IMG/VR virus record: IMGVR_UViG_3300031784_000006
Origin: a virus
Taxonomy: Duplodnaviria; Caudoviricetes
Reading direction: 5' to 3' (one strand)
DNA length: 64,000 nt
A program made the position numbers and the translations under genes. A model generated the notes under the pieces. The model saw only the letters and a program-made list of their open reading frames with translations. It was not told the DNA's origin and searched no databases. Positions 38,085 to 46,245 of this stretch are shown piece after piece; position 1 is the stretch's first letter, and each line of letters starts with the position of its first letter.

Positions 38085-38726
38085 TCACTGTAACGATTCA
38101 GTATCGTCTTGATTATTATACCACGACTCTTCTTTCCACGTCAACTTTTCTTTGAGTTTCTTGTCAAAAACCATAAGATACCGATGTTTACGACTCCTAC
38201 TACGCCACTCACCATCAGCACCCTTGACGCTACCCCTAGAATGTTTTGTTCCATCAGTATAGTAAAAATCTTTTTTGGGTTCTGTTAGACCGTAGTATTG
38301 AAAATTACAAGCTCTGTATATAGTTCCAGCGTGGTGATTAGAGTCAGCATAACTAAGAATTGCAGAAACGCGGGCATCTTTCCTAAACCTCTTGATACAA
38401 CGACTTACAAACCAGGATGTGATATTATACTCTTCTTTTTGAACTTCTGGATGAATACAAAGTCTTGAGAGTTCAAATATTCCTTGTTGTTCATTACGAC
38501 TTAATCCAAATGCTCCTACGGCAATTTCTGGAACTGGGAGACCAGTAAAAATACAAACACCAACAGACCCGCCAATATTAAGGACATCTGTGAATGATTT
38601 GCGGTAAAGAGAGTAATTATATCCACTTTTGAAATCTTTTGATTCGTCTTTTAGATAATGATAGGTATAAAGAAGTTCTTTTATTTCTTCTTTGCCTACC
38701 CTATCTATATAAAAGTCAGATTTCAT
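38085..38726 (-). CDS. mom: Mom-like adenine-modification enzyme (GNAT fold)
   Basis: YHYL...GVCIF...FELSRLCI...SWFVSRC...LSYADSNHHAGTIYRACNFQYYG matches the Mu Mom family pattern. Confidence 0.7.
   Translation of the reverse strand: MKSDFYIDRVGKEEIKELLYTYHYLKDESKDFKSGYNYSLYRKSFTDVLNIGGSVGVCIFTGLPVPEIAVGAFGLSRNEQQGIFELSRLCIHPEVQKEEYNITSWFVSRCIKRFRKDARVSAILSYADSNHHAGTIYRACNFQYYGLTEPKKDFYYTDGTKHSRGSVKGADGEWRSRSRKHRYLMVFDKKLKEKLTWKEESWYNNQDDTESLQ
38115..38144 (-). promoter_or_regulatory. Sigma70-type promoter TTGACG-N18-TATAAT inside the 3' end of mom
   Basis: Near-consensus hexamers; points at the terminator ~60 nt downstream. Confidence 0.5.
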
Positions 38727-38736
38727 TTAGGTATTT

Positions 38737-38910
38737 TTACTCACTTTGTTTGCATTCTAACATATATTCAACAGTGTTTGCAACATCATTCATTGCATCA
38801 CGCAGATGAGGTTGCTGGCCAGATTCTTGCTTAAGAATAGGTCGTGAATCATCAGTCAGCGTCCAACGCCACTGTTTCATTTCATTACAATACCAAAGAT
38901 TAACTTTCAT
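38737..38910 (-). CDS. Small hypothetical protein
   Basis: MKVNLWYCNEMKQWRWTL..., 57 aa; start reassigned from 39021 because the upstream stretch is occupied by another ORF. Confidence 0.6.
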   Translation of the reverse strand: MKVNLWYCNEMKQWRWTLTDDSRPILKQESGQQPHLRDAMNDVANTVEYMLECKQSE

Positions 38911-39058
38911 GTTTGAAGTGCTCCAGTTGGACCCAGTTAAGGAGTGTTTGGAATGCACTGATAGAGGCAGGAGTGCAGTTATCTTCCTTAAGTTTCTGAA
39001 CATAATATTCAAGTGCTTCAATGACCATCTCGCGGTCAGTTTGTGAAATAAGTGACAT
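38900..39058 (-). CDS. Small hypothetical protein (not in ORF track)
   Basis: Manual translation MSLISQTDREMVIEALEYYVQKLKEDNCTPASISAFQTLLNWVQLEHFKHES, 52 aa, GGAG-type RBS upstream. Confidence 0.6.
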   Translation of the reverse strand: MSLISQTDREMVIEALEYYVQKLKEDNCTPASISAFQTLLNWVQLEHFKHES

Positions 39059-39079
39059 TTTTGGAGTTTTATGAACTCA

Positions 39080-39151
39080 AGCCCCCGACCGGATTTGAAC
39101 CAGCGACCAACGGTTTACAAAACCGTTGCTCTACCACTGAGCTACAAGGGC
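39080..39151 (-). tRNA. tRNA-Thr(UGU)
   Basis: GCCCTTG TA GCTC AGTGGTA GAGC A ACGGT TTTGTAA ACCGT ... GTTCAAATC; no encoded CCA. Confidence 0.95.
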
Positions 39152-39152
39152 A

Positions 39153-39422
39153 TTAATCAACAGGCAACATTTCTGGATTTTCCAGTTCCAACTCATATAA
39201 GAGAGGATGACATTCTTCAAGCATTAAGTAGTATGATGCCTGATAAAGGTCTTCTGGTTCAAATCTTCTTTCGTTATCTGCTAATTCGATTAATTCCAAA
39301 TCGAATATTGATTCGTCTGGCAAATCGTCAAAAGTAAAGGGAATTTGATTTATGAAATACAGCAGAACAATTTGTGTTCCGCGATTATACCAAACGTATC
39401 TGGCATCTATTCTGTATTTCAT
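39153..39422 (-). CDS. Hypothetical protein between the two tRNAs
   Basis: 89 aa acidic ORF with a late-promoter motif upstream. Confidence 0.65.
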   Translation of the reverse strand: MKYRIDARYVWYNRGTQIVLLYFINQIPFTFDDLPDESIFDLELIELADNERRFEPEDLYQASYYLMLEECHPLLYELELENPEMLPVD

Positions 39423-39443
39423 AGAATAGTCCTTTCTTTTGTT

Positions 39444-39451
39444 TATTTAGA
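39444..39451 (-). promoter_or_regulatory. T4-type late promoter (TCTAAATA)
   Basis: Between tRNA-Leu and ATG 39422. Confidence 0.4.
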
Positions 39452-39463
39452 GGAAGAACCTCA

Positions 39464-39536
39464 TAGGCGTGGTCGGATTCGAACCGACCCTGGAGGCGTT
39501 TTAAGCGCCCTGTCTCTGCCGCTGGACTACACGCCC
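39464..39536 (-). tRNA. tRNA-Leu(UAA) with short variable loop
   Basis: GGGCGTG/CACGCCT acceptor, GGGCG CTTAAAA CGCCT anticodon arm, GTCGG TTCGAAT CCGAC T-arm, A73; 73 nt. Confidence 0.9.
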
Positions 39537-39545
39537 ATAAAAAAC

Positions 39546-39758
39546 TTACGCCTCGTAAGTAATAGGATTATACTTGATATACTCCCAGAATGTCAACTTC
39601 ATTTCTTTTTGTGACATTCCGCAGTGCTTTGCTGCTTTAGGGAGATTCCACTTTGCTGCAAAGAGTGCCTCATTTGCCTCTTTCACGTTTTCTGGAGTTG
39701 TCTTAACTGGTTCCTCTTTGAGGTCTTTGTATGAAATTTTATAAACCATACTTTTCAA
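39546..39758 (-). CDS. Small hypothetical protein
   Basis: 70 aa; TTPENVKEANEALFAAKWNLPKAAKHCGMS short helix-turn-helix-like pattern. Confidence 0.6.
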   Translation of the reverse strand: MKSMVYKISYKDLKEEPVKTTPENVKEANEALFAAKWNLPKAAKHCGMSQKEMKLTFWEYIKYNPITYEA

Positions 39759-39812
39759 AAAAGTAATAAGGGCAATTTTTACCGGGAGATTTTTTTCGAC
39801 CTTTTTTGAAAC

Positions 39813-39995
39813 TTAAAGTGGATTTGCGTATGAGAGAGTCTCTTCATCCACTGTAGCACGAACGAAGTCTAGTACATTCATAAATTCTTCTACCGTATCA
39901 CAGGTCACTTGCTTTTCATCTCCTTCATTGGAGTAAAGGTACACGGTTCGTTTGATGGGGTCCACAACGCAGCGTGAGAGGTACTCGTCTTGCAT
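39813..39995 (-). CDS. Small hypothetical protein
   Basis: 60 aa, directly downstream of a strong sigma70 promoter. Confidence 0.65.
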   Translation of the reverse strand: MQDEYLSRCVVDPIKRTVYLYSNEGDEKQVTCDTVEEFMNVLDFVRATVDEETLSYANPL

Positions 39996-40010
39996 TCGTT
40001 CGTCCGTTGA

Positions 40011-40577
40011 TTACCCATGTATCATAGCACGGTCAGGGGTCCGTGTCAACCCACTGTACCAGAGGGAGAGGACAAATCTTTCACTGTCCTCAACTTTTGT
40101 AACGTGATGAAGATATTGTGAGTTGGAAAATATAACCAATTTTCCTAATTGTGGTTTCACTTGAAATTCCTCAAAGCAAGTATATCCACCTTTATAAGAG
40201 TCGTTTAGGTATACTAATACAGCAAAAACATCAGGATTATCTTGATAGGAATTGTCATAATGAGGTTTCATAAAAGTTCCTTCAGGCCATCTCACAATCG
40301 TTGCATAGTCTAATTTAATATTTTCATCAAAAGACTTACAAATTTTTGTAATTGAAGAAATTATTGGACTTTTTATACTTTCCAAGTTAGTACAATCTGG
40401 TATTCCCCCCTGATACAGATTGCCACCGTAATCCAAATTAGTAATAAAAGTATCTCCACCCCTACTTTCGCTACCATACGGAACTTCTTTATCTTTATTT
40501 TCGATAGCAAAATCCACAAAAGACTTACACTCTATTGAATCTAAAAAATTTTCTTCAATATAAATTAATTTTTTCAC
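40011..40577 (-). CDS. 2OG-Fe(II) oxygenase (prolyl-4-hydroxylase-like)
   Basis: MKPHYD...VLVYLNDSYKGG...VKPQLGKLVIF...HHVTKV...RFVLSLW (HxD...H...R). Confidence 0.85.
   Translation of the reverse strand: MKKLIYIEENFLDSIECKSFVDFAIENKDKEVPYGSESRGGDTFITNLDYGGNLYQGGIPDCTNLESIKSPIISSITKICKSFDENIKLDYATIVRWPEGTFMKPHYDNSYQDNPDVFAVLVYLNDSYKGGYTCFEEFQVKPQLGKLVIFSNSQYLHHVTKVEDSERFVLSLWYSGLTRTPDRAMIHG
40021..40049 (-). promoter_or_regulatory. Sigma70-type early promoter TTGACA-N17-TATGAT
   Basis: Consensus -35, near-consensus -10, 17-nt spacer. Confidence 0.75.
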
Positions 40578-41386
40578 AGAGTCTTTGTATTTACCTTATT
40601 TGCATATTGGGGATCATTATAATCTTTATCAGGATAATCACTCCACTCATTACCATCATATTCAACAACCAATGCATTGACATCCTTTCTCTCTGCATAA
40701 ACATGATAGAAAGAATCAATTGGTATTGCACTCTTTGATTGCAGATATATTTTTTCCGAATCCCATCTTTTCACAATAATATCTTGATGAGAACCTATTG
40801 GTTGAAGTTGAACAGATATGCTATTAACATGAACCAAGTCTTTCCAATACCAAGGAAGTTCAATTTCAGTTTGATTTGTTATTCTACCCCTAAAATATAC
40901 TCCAACTTCTGGACCCTCAATACATGCATATCTAAGACGATGACCATTTCCCAATGATGGATGAATCATATCAAATGGTTTTGGTCTAGCATCTGCTTGC
41001 GAAAATCTAGCTGCGAGTCTTCCTTTATTATCACAATCTACTTTTCCACTCACATATAAGTCACCATCAATATAGACCACATCAGTAGTAGTGCCAGTGA
41101 CGTAAAGGGCATTACTAGTTTGCCCATCACCTTCAATCTTAACATCACCTTTTACATGCACAGATCTTTTTGCATTTGATGGTGTATCTGGATTAGTTTC
41201 TCTACCAATCATTAAAGATGCTTCAACACTTCCAAAATCACTATCTTTTCCGATATGAACTGGCGCTTGAAAATATGCAGAACCATGAATGCTTTTTGGA
41301 CCTCTTCCTAAAGCTTCTGGTTTTGATTCTTCATTTGTCACATGGAGTTGTCCATGAATTAATTCAAAATCACTTGAACTTGACAT
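40574..41386 (-). CDS. Tail spike/fibre-like protein with C-terminal intramolecular-chaperone-like domain
   Basis: Beta-helix-like VHVKGDVKIEG/VYIDGDLYVSG repeats; PFDMIHP...LRYACIEGPEVGVYFRG. Confidence 0.55.
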   Translation of the reverse strand: MSSSSDFELIHGQLHVTNEESKPEALGRGPKSIHGSAYFQAPVHIGKDSDFGSVEASLMIGRETNPDTPSNAKRSVHVKGDVKIEGDGQTSNALYVTGTTTDVVYIDGDLYVSGKVDCDNKGRLAARFSQADARPKPFDMIHPSLGNGHRLRYACIEGPEVGVYFRGRITNQTEIELPWYWKDLVHVNSISVQLQPIGSHQDIIVKRWDSEKIYLQSKSAIPIDSFYHVYAERKDVNALVVEYDGNEWSDYPDKDYNDPQYANKVNTKTL

Positions 41387-41388
41387 AG

Positions 41389-41964
41389 TTATGCTTGCGG
41401 TTTAGTTAATTGTACTATTTTATCTAATATTGGCAATGATGGTGTTTTCTCTGCACTCATAGAAGTTATTCTTTGAATGCTACCACCATAAATTCGCATA
41501 ATATTTATTGCGGTTTGTTGCATCTGACCATCAGTAAAAATACTGATGGATTCATTTGCGTTAGCAGTAAATTTTTTAGTTTCAATATTAACGCTTTCGT
41601 TTGAAATAATATTGACTATACCCTTTGTAGGGTCCGGACCTCTGGCAATTATATCAATATTTTCAGCTTCAAGTCTTAGTCTACCTTTTGTTTGGATTAA
41701 GATATCACTTCTATCGGCATTAAACCACATTCCAATTTCATCTTTTGGAATATCATCTCCACATTTAACTTGATATCTTCCCCTGCATCTAGAAGTAATC
41801 CACCTTTTTCTTGGGGCGGTTTGGTCTATCGTAATATATTCAAGAGACTCTTGACCTTGAAGCATGACAGAAGATTTCACTTGGTCAGGATGAATATTGC
41901 CAAAAGTTATCTGACCATCTTTTGTTCCCGTTGTTTTTGTTTCGTAATTTTTAGATTTTGCCAT
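41389..41964 (-). CDS. gp5 C-terminal-like (beta-helix) baseplate spike fragment
   Basis: Position after gp5-like ORFs; short beta-strand repeats DILIQTKGRLRLEAENIDI..NIISNESVNIE. Confidence 0.5.
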   Translation of the reverse strand: MAKSKNYETKTTGTKDGQITFGNIHPDQVKSSVMLQGQESLEYITIDQTAPRKRWITSRCRGRYQVKCGDDIPKDEIGMWFNADRSDILIQTKGRLRLEAENIDIIARGPDPTKGIVNIISNESVNIETKKFTANANESISIFTDGQMQQTAINIMRIYGGSIQRITSMSAEKTPSLPILDKIVQLTKPQA

Positions 41965-41967
41965 GTT

Positions 41968-43689
41968 TTATCTCGGTACTATATCAAAAGTTTCTGTTGG
42001 AGGAACTCTACCAACACAATCAACTACACTAACAACTGCTGTTGTGGGTTCAATGTCCCCAATATTTGCAATTGCCTCTACAGGGATAGCTCTAAGAACT
42101 GGGATAAGTTTTGCGTTATATCCAGTATTAGAATTTACTATGATTTCGGGTATGTCAGTGAATCCAGAACCAGGATTAATAATATTAACCTGTGTTATTT
42201 CTTCTCTTTCATTTATCACTGGTTGAAGTATTGCTCCATTATTGGGAACAACTTCCAAAGTATCTCCTGGCAAATATCCAAAACCAGAATCTTCAATATA
42301 AATTTCATCAATAATGAGAATAACAGGATAAGTTAACGATGTGGCATCTGATGGAACTGCCAAAGTAGACTCTGGTGGGAAAAATACACTATCTGGGGGT
42401 AAATTTGGTGGTTCTATTCCAGAAGGAACAGTAAAATAATCGCCATTAGGTGTAACAACATACCCCTCTTGGGATTCTTTCCATGTGATACCATTTCCAC
42501 CCAAAGAACCATCTGGAGCAGGCAAGTACCCGTCTCCCCGCGCAGCTACTACAATATTTTTAATCTCCAATCCACCTTTAGGTGAAGGTCTAGTTTGAAC
42601 AACTAATGATGCACCAGATCCATTTCCACACTCGTCAACAATATTTGCAAATGGTGGCGCGAGGTAACTAAATCCGGGATTAACAATATCAAATCCAATA
42701 ATTGAATTTGAATTTGGACTGACTATAGCGTTTGCCATTGCACCTATACCATTACCACCAAAAAATTGCACTCTTGGTGGTCCACAGGGTAATGGATTTG
42801 TTGGACAACTTCTAGAAGTATCTGAAGGAGAAAGAAATTTGCTGAATGGATTTTTTCCTACTGGGTCTCCTCCTTGGGGATTATTTTGACCTGCTCCAGA
42901 TAAAGTTGTTTCCTGAACTGAAGGGCACGCTTTATCATCGTCACATTTAAAGAAATTTAAAATACCCGTGATAAAATCTAATGCGTTAAATAAACTTCCA
43001 GCAAGATTTGCAATTTTACCCAAAGCAACATTAAGAAGTGATACTGCAGACTTTATTGCCTTCTCAATTGGATTCATAATTTTTTTCAGCAAATTGCCAA
43101 TGAAATTTTCAACAAAACACATTGGTCCATTTATAAACTTATCCAACATTTGCAATAAAAGATTGCCAATAGTCTTTGCAAGTCCTCTAATTATTTTAGC
43201 AAAAGCACAAGAAATTCCATTTAAACCTTTATCTAGTTTGTCAATAAAGGATGGCATTTCTCCAGGGAAAAAATAAGGAAGTTTCTCTTTAACTTTATCT
43301 TGTATTGTATTCATTACCCACCCACGAGCACCACCCAGAATATTAATAACATATCCAGAAATATCAGTTGCAGAAAAATTTACTATTCTTTTAATAGACT
43401 TTCCAGGTTCTTGGTCCTCTCTGGTTAATGCATCAACAGCGGAATTAACATTTGAAAATCTTTTTATTCTTTCCAAATCTATCTGCATATTTTTAATAGT
43501 TCTCTGAATTCCTTTCATAGAACTATTATCACTTTTACATGGACTTTGTATATGTACAACGGTTCTAAGATCTATATCTTGTTGCCAAGCAAGTTTAGAA
43601 ATCTCCGCAAATGATTGGGAGTGCCTGTGAGTTACTGGAGATTGGTCAATATCTTTAGTCTGAGGAGTTCCTGCGGGAAGTACTGTCAT
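41968..43689 (-). CDS. Baseplate hub/spike-associated protein (gp5-region, central part)
   Basis: 573 aa; helical region followed by IINPGSGF/IVNPGFSYLAPP repeats. Confidence 0.5.
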   Translation of the reverse strand: MTVLPAGTPQTKDIDQSPVTHRHSQSFAEISKLAWQQDIDLRTVVHIQSPCKSDNSSMKGIQRTIKNMQIDLERIKRFSNVNSAVDALTREDQEPGKSIKRIVNFSATDISGYVINILGGARGWVMNTIQDKVKEKLPYFFPGEMPSFIDKLDKGLNGISCAFAKIIRGLAKTIGNLLLQMLDKFINGPMCFVENFIGNLLKKIMNPIEKAIKSAVSLLNVALGKIANLAGSLFNALDFITGILNFFKCDDDKACPSVQETTLSGAGQNNPQGGDPVGKNPFSKFLSPSDTSRSCPTNPLPCGPPRVQFFGGNGIGAMANAIVSPNSNSIIGFDIVNPGFSYLAPPFANIVDECGNGSGASLVVQTRPSPKGGLEIKNIVVAARGDGYLPAPDGSLGGNGITWKESQEGYVVTPNGDYFTVPSGIEPPNLPPDSVFFPPESTLAVPSDATSLTYPVILIIDEIYIEDSGFGYLPGDTLEVVPNNGAILQPVINEREEITQVNIINPGSGFTDIPEIIVNSNTGYNAKLIPVLRAIPVEAIANIGDIEPTTAVVSVVDCVGRVPPTETFDIVPR

Positions 43690-43694
43690 TTTTT

Positions 43695-44282
43695 TTATGT
43701 TGTAATTCTTGCTTTTATTTCAGATATGGTCAGAGTGTTTTGGGGGATAATTTTATACTGATTACTTGCAACTTTTGGTCTTTCAATCTTTTTAATTGTT
43801 TGTAAAGAGTCAGGAACATATGCCGCCGTTTGTGGGTTAGTTCCTTTATATGTATCATTAAAAAGTTGCAACCCACCAATATTTCCCTGTGGTTGCTTCT
43901 TTGGTACAGTGTTATTTGAATTTATCAAGATACCATCAATATAAGGTTCTTGACCAGCGATACCATCAAGGAAGAATCCAGTCACAATAGTTCCGGCAAG
44001 TATTGCAGGCGTATCAAATGACCCACCCAATCCAGAACCAGATGTTACTGGCATAACAACATTAGCCATTGGTAGTTGTTCATCAGGGAGTTCTTCAGTA
44101 TTTCCCGAGTGTATGCCAAAGTACCTAACACGATATCTATAACCCCAACCTTTTTGATTTTTTGGATCAAAATGCGATGCTTCAATGTTATCCTGCCACG
44201 AAACACTGGACACAACTCTACCAAACCATCTTGGTAGGGATGATATTGAATTTAGGTCAAAATTTCCTGAATATTCATTCAT
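43695..44282 (-). CDS. gp5: gp5 N-terminal OB-fold domain protein
   Basis: WFGRVV...YRVRYFGIH....LPDEQLPMANVVMPVT...VTGFFLDG..GQEPYIDG is the gp5 OB signature. Confidence 0.75.
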   Translation of the reverse strand: MNEYSGNFDLNSISSLPRWFGRVVSSVSWQDNIEASHFDPKNQKGWGYRYRVRYFGIHSGNTEELPDEQLPMANVVMPVTSGSGLGGSFDTPAILAGTIVTGFFLDGIAGQEPYIDGILINSNNTVPKKQPQGNIGGLQLFNDTYKGTNPQTAAYVPDSLQTIKKIERPKVASNQYKIIPQNTLTISEIKARITT

Positions 44283-44283
44283 T

Positions 44284-44700
44284 TTAGAATTCGCCTAAGT
44301 CTGGAGGAATGTCTATAGCAGCCTTATCTAAAGTTTGATTTATAAAAATATCGTTAGCTCTATCAATAGAAGAACTTATAACAGAATCAGAACCGCCTTG
44401 ACCCACTCCAGAAGTATATTTACCCGAAATAGATCCTGTTGGTGAATGGTCATTCACCGTTAATTTATTAACGTCAGCAATTAAAAGTTCTCTCTGATAA
44501 CCATCACCATCTTGAAAATAAAAAAGTTGTGATGGATTTGCAGATGCAACACAGTTTGCTTCACTGCGAGTTACATCATCAATTCTTTCGCCATCTTTAT
44601 CATAAAAAGAAACTCTGATAGGATCATTCGGATCTCCCTGAAATGATTTCCTAAATCTATTTTGCCTATCAACACAACTATCTCTATATTGATCTGCCAT
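44284..44700 (-). CDS. Hypothetical baseplate-region protein
   Basis: 138 aa, translationally coupled between CP12 and the gp5 OB ORF. Confidence 0.55.
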   Translation of the reverse strand: MADQYRDSCVDRQNRFRKSFQGDPNDPIRVSFYDKDGERIDDVTRSEANCVASANPSQLFYFQDGDGYQRELLIADVNKLTVNDHSPTGSISGKYTSGVGQGGSDSVISSSIDRANDIFINQTLDKAAIDIPPDLGEF

Positions 44701-44915
44701 TAGTCATCATAAACTCTACATTCTAAAGCATCAGGATGAGCATCACAATAAAGTTCTAGAGACGATGGATCATGGTCGTCATCTGGATGATTAACTTGAT
44801 ACTGCTCTAATGCATCAAGTTCACCCTCTAAATGACGACGACGCTGACTACTTGTGTTTGGATTATCTAGTTCATCCCTGTCATTATTAATATGTTGTTG
44901 AAGTGACTTTTCCAT
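44700..44915 (-). CDS. cp12: CP12 Calvin-cycle inhibitor (phage type)
   Basis: C-terminal LELYCDAHPDALECRVYDD (C-x8-C) CP12 motif; no N-terminal Cys pair. Confidence 0.9.
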   Translation of the reverse strand: MEKSLQQHINNDRDELDNPNTSSQRRRHLEGELDALEQYQVNHPDDDHDPSSLELYCDAHPDALECRVYDD

Positions 44916-44924
44916 TTAAAATAC

Positions 44925-46244
44925 CTACTTTCTTTGGATAGATTCCCTTACAAGATTAATTCTTGTAAAGCAACTATTTTTAGTTACATGATGACATACA
45001 TCGACTATCATATATATGCCACTTTTTTTCTGGCTTATAGAAGTTTTCTTTTTAGAAGAAACTTCTGGAAAATCGCAAAAAATTAAATCTCCAGCTCTCA
45101 AACTCATATCGCCAGCAACCGCAATAGAAAGTTTTATAGAGAATAAGTTATTATATCTCATATAAGACTGCCGCAATATTTCATCGTTACTATAATTGAT
45201 ATAAGTTGATTTTGGCAGTTGCTCTTTAAGTGTTTTTCCTTCAACAAGAAACCCGGGGTCATCCCATTTATAAGATATTCTTGAAGTCTCTTGCTGCAGA
45301 TTAATATCTTTAGCAATTATTGGTTGTTCCTTTCCACCAATCGTGTCTGGATTAAATTGCTTTTTAGAATCAAAAGTACTTTCTCTGTAAGCACTTTCGA
45401 ATGAATTTACCGCATTCATTTTAGTATTTAATTGAGCGCCAGATAGCAACACTCTTTTTAATTCTAAGGTACTATCAAAAGAGTAATCAAGAATCTTTCC
45501 ATCATACCCAGGAGGAACAGATTTCTCAATTAAATTGTTAAAGATATATCTTTTTTTTGGTTTTTGTTTAAAAAGATTATCTATAGATTTAAATTTAAAT
45601 CCATCATAAGTTTCATAAAAAAAGAATCCTGCAAGAATTCCTTTTGCGTTTGAGATATCTGGAACAGACCTAGGGCCCAACCATGTGATTTTATAAAAGG
45701 GTTTTTCAACATTACCAATGAAACTCAATTTATTTAAAGTTGTATCAATATCTACAGTTTTTGAAGTTTTTAAAGTTTCTTTTAAAATTTTCTGTGCAGA
45801 GTCTGATATTTTACCATCATATCTTTTTTTAACTCTACACCTTTCTAGTTCATTATCAATAGATTCTTTAGAAAATAAGTCAATAACAAACATCATTTTG
45901 TCAGTACTCTCGTCAATATTTCTAACTTCTTTTATTCTAAAATGTTTATCTCCAACAAAATCTAAATTAAATTGATTTCCATCAGTTACTTTAAGATTTA
46001 CTTTTTCACCAACAGTCAAATTAAGGTCATCAGATTCTAAAGATGATGTTCCCTCGCTACCACCTCTATGTCCAGTATCGATGATAATTGCAGTTGCTCT
46101 TACAGTATTATCAAGAATACTTTCATAATATTCAAATTCTATGCAACCACTAGAAACATCTACGGGTTTATTATAATTCGAATTAATTTCAAATAACTTA
46201 ATTTGGGCTTCACCTGCTTGTGCGGCAATGTTTGCTGCTGGCAT
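44925..46244 (-). CDS. Baseplate hub protein (gp27-like)
   Basis: YYESILDNTV...FFFYETYDGFKFKSIDNLF...IAVAGDMSLRAGDLI...SGIYMIVDVCHH. Confidence 0.65.
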   Translation of the reverse strand: MPAANIAAQAGEAQIKLFEINSNYNKPVDVSSGCIEFEYYESILDNTVRATAIIIDTGHRGGSEGTSSLESDDLNLTVGEKVNLKVTDGNQFNLDFVGDKHFRIKEVRNIDESTDKMMFVIDLFSKESIDNELERCRVKKRYDGKISDSAQKILKETLKTSKTVDIDTTLNKLSFIGNVEKPFYKITWLGPRSVPDISNAKGILAGFFFYETYDGFKFKSIDNLFKQKPKKRYIFNNLIEKSVPPGYDGKILDYSFDSTLELKRVLLSGAQLNTKMNAVNSFESAYRESTFDSKKQFNPDTIGGKEQPIIAKDINLQQETSRISYKWDDPGFLVEGKTLKEQLPKSTYINYSNDEILRQSYMRYNNLFSIKLSIAVAGDMSLRAGDLIFCDFPEVSSKKKTSISQKKSGIYMIVDVCHHVTKNSCFTRINLVRESIQRK

Positions 46245-46245
46245 C

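Noticed and set aside
39760-39812. Intergenic A/T tracts around a CCCGG core, as a possible bent-DNA origin or packaging site
   Set aside because: Tract spacing (about 11 and 16 nt) is not consistently helically phased and no iterons are visible; unsupported
40011-40577. P4H-like oxygenase as the modifier of the collagen fibre
   Set aside because: The G-X-Y blocks contain no proline, so there is no obvious substrate
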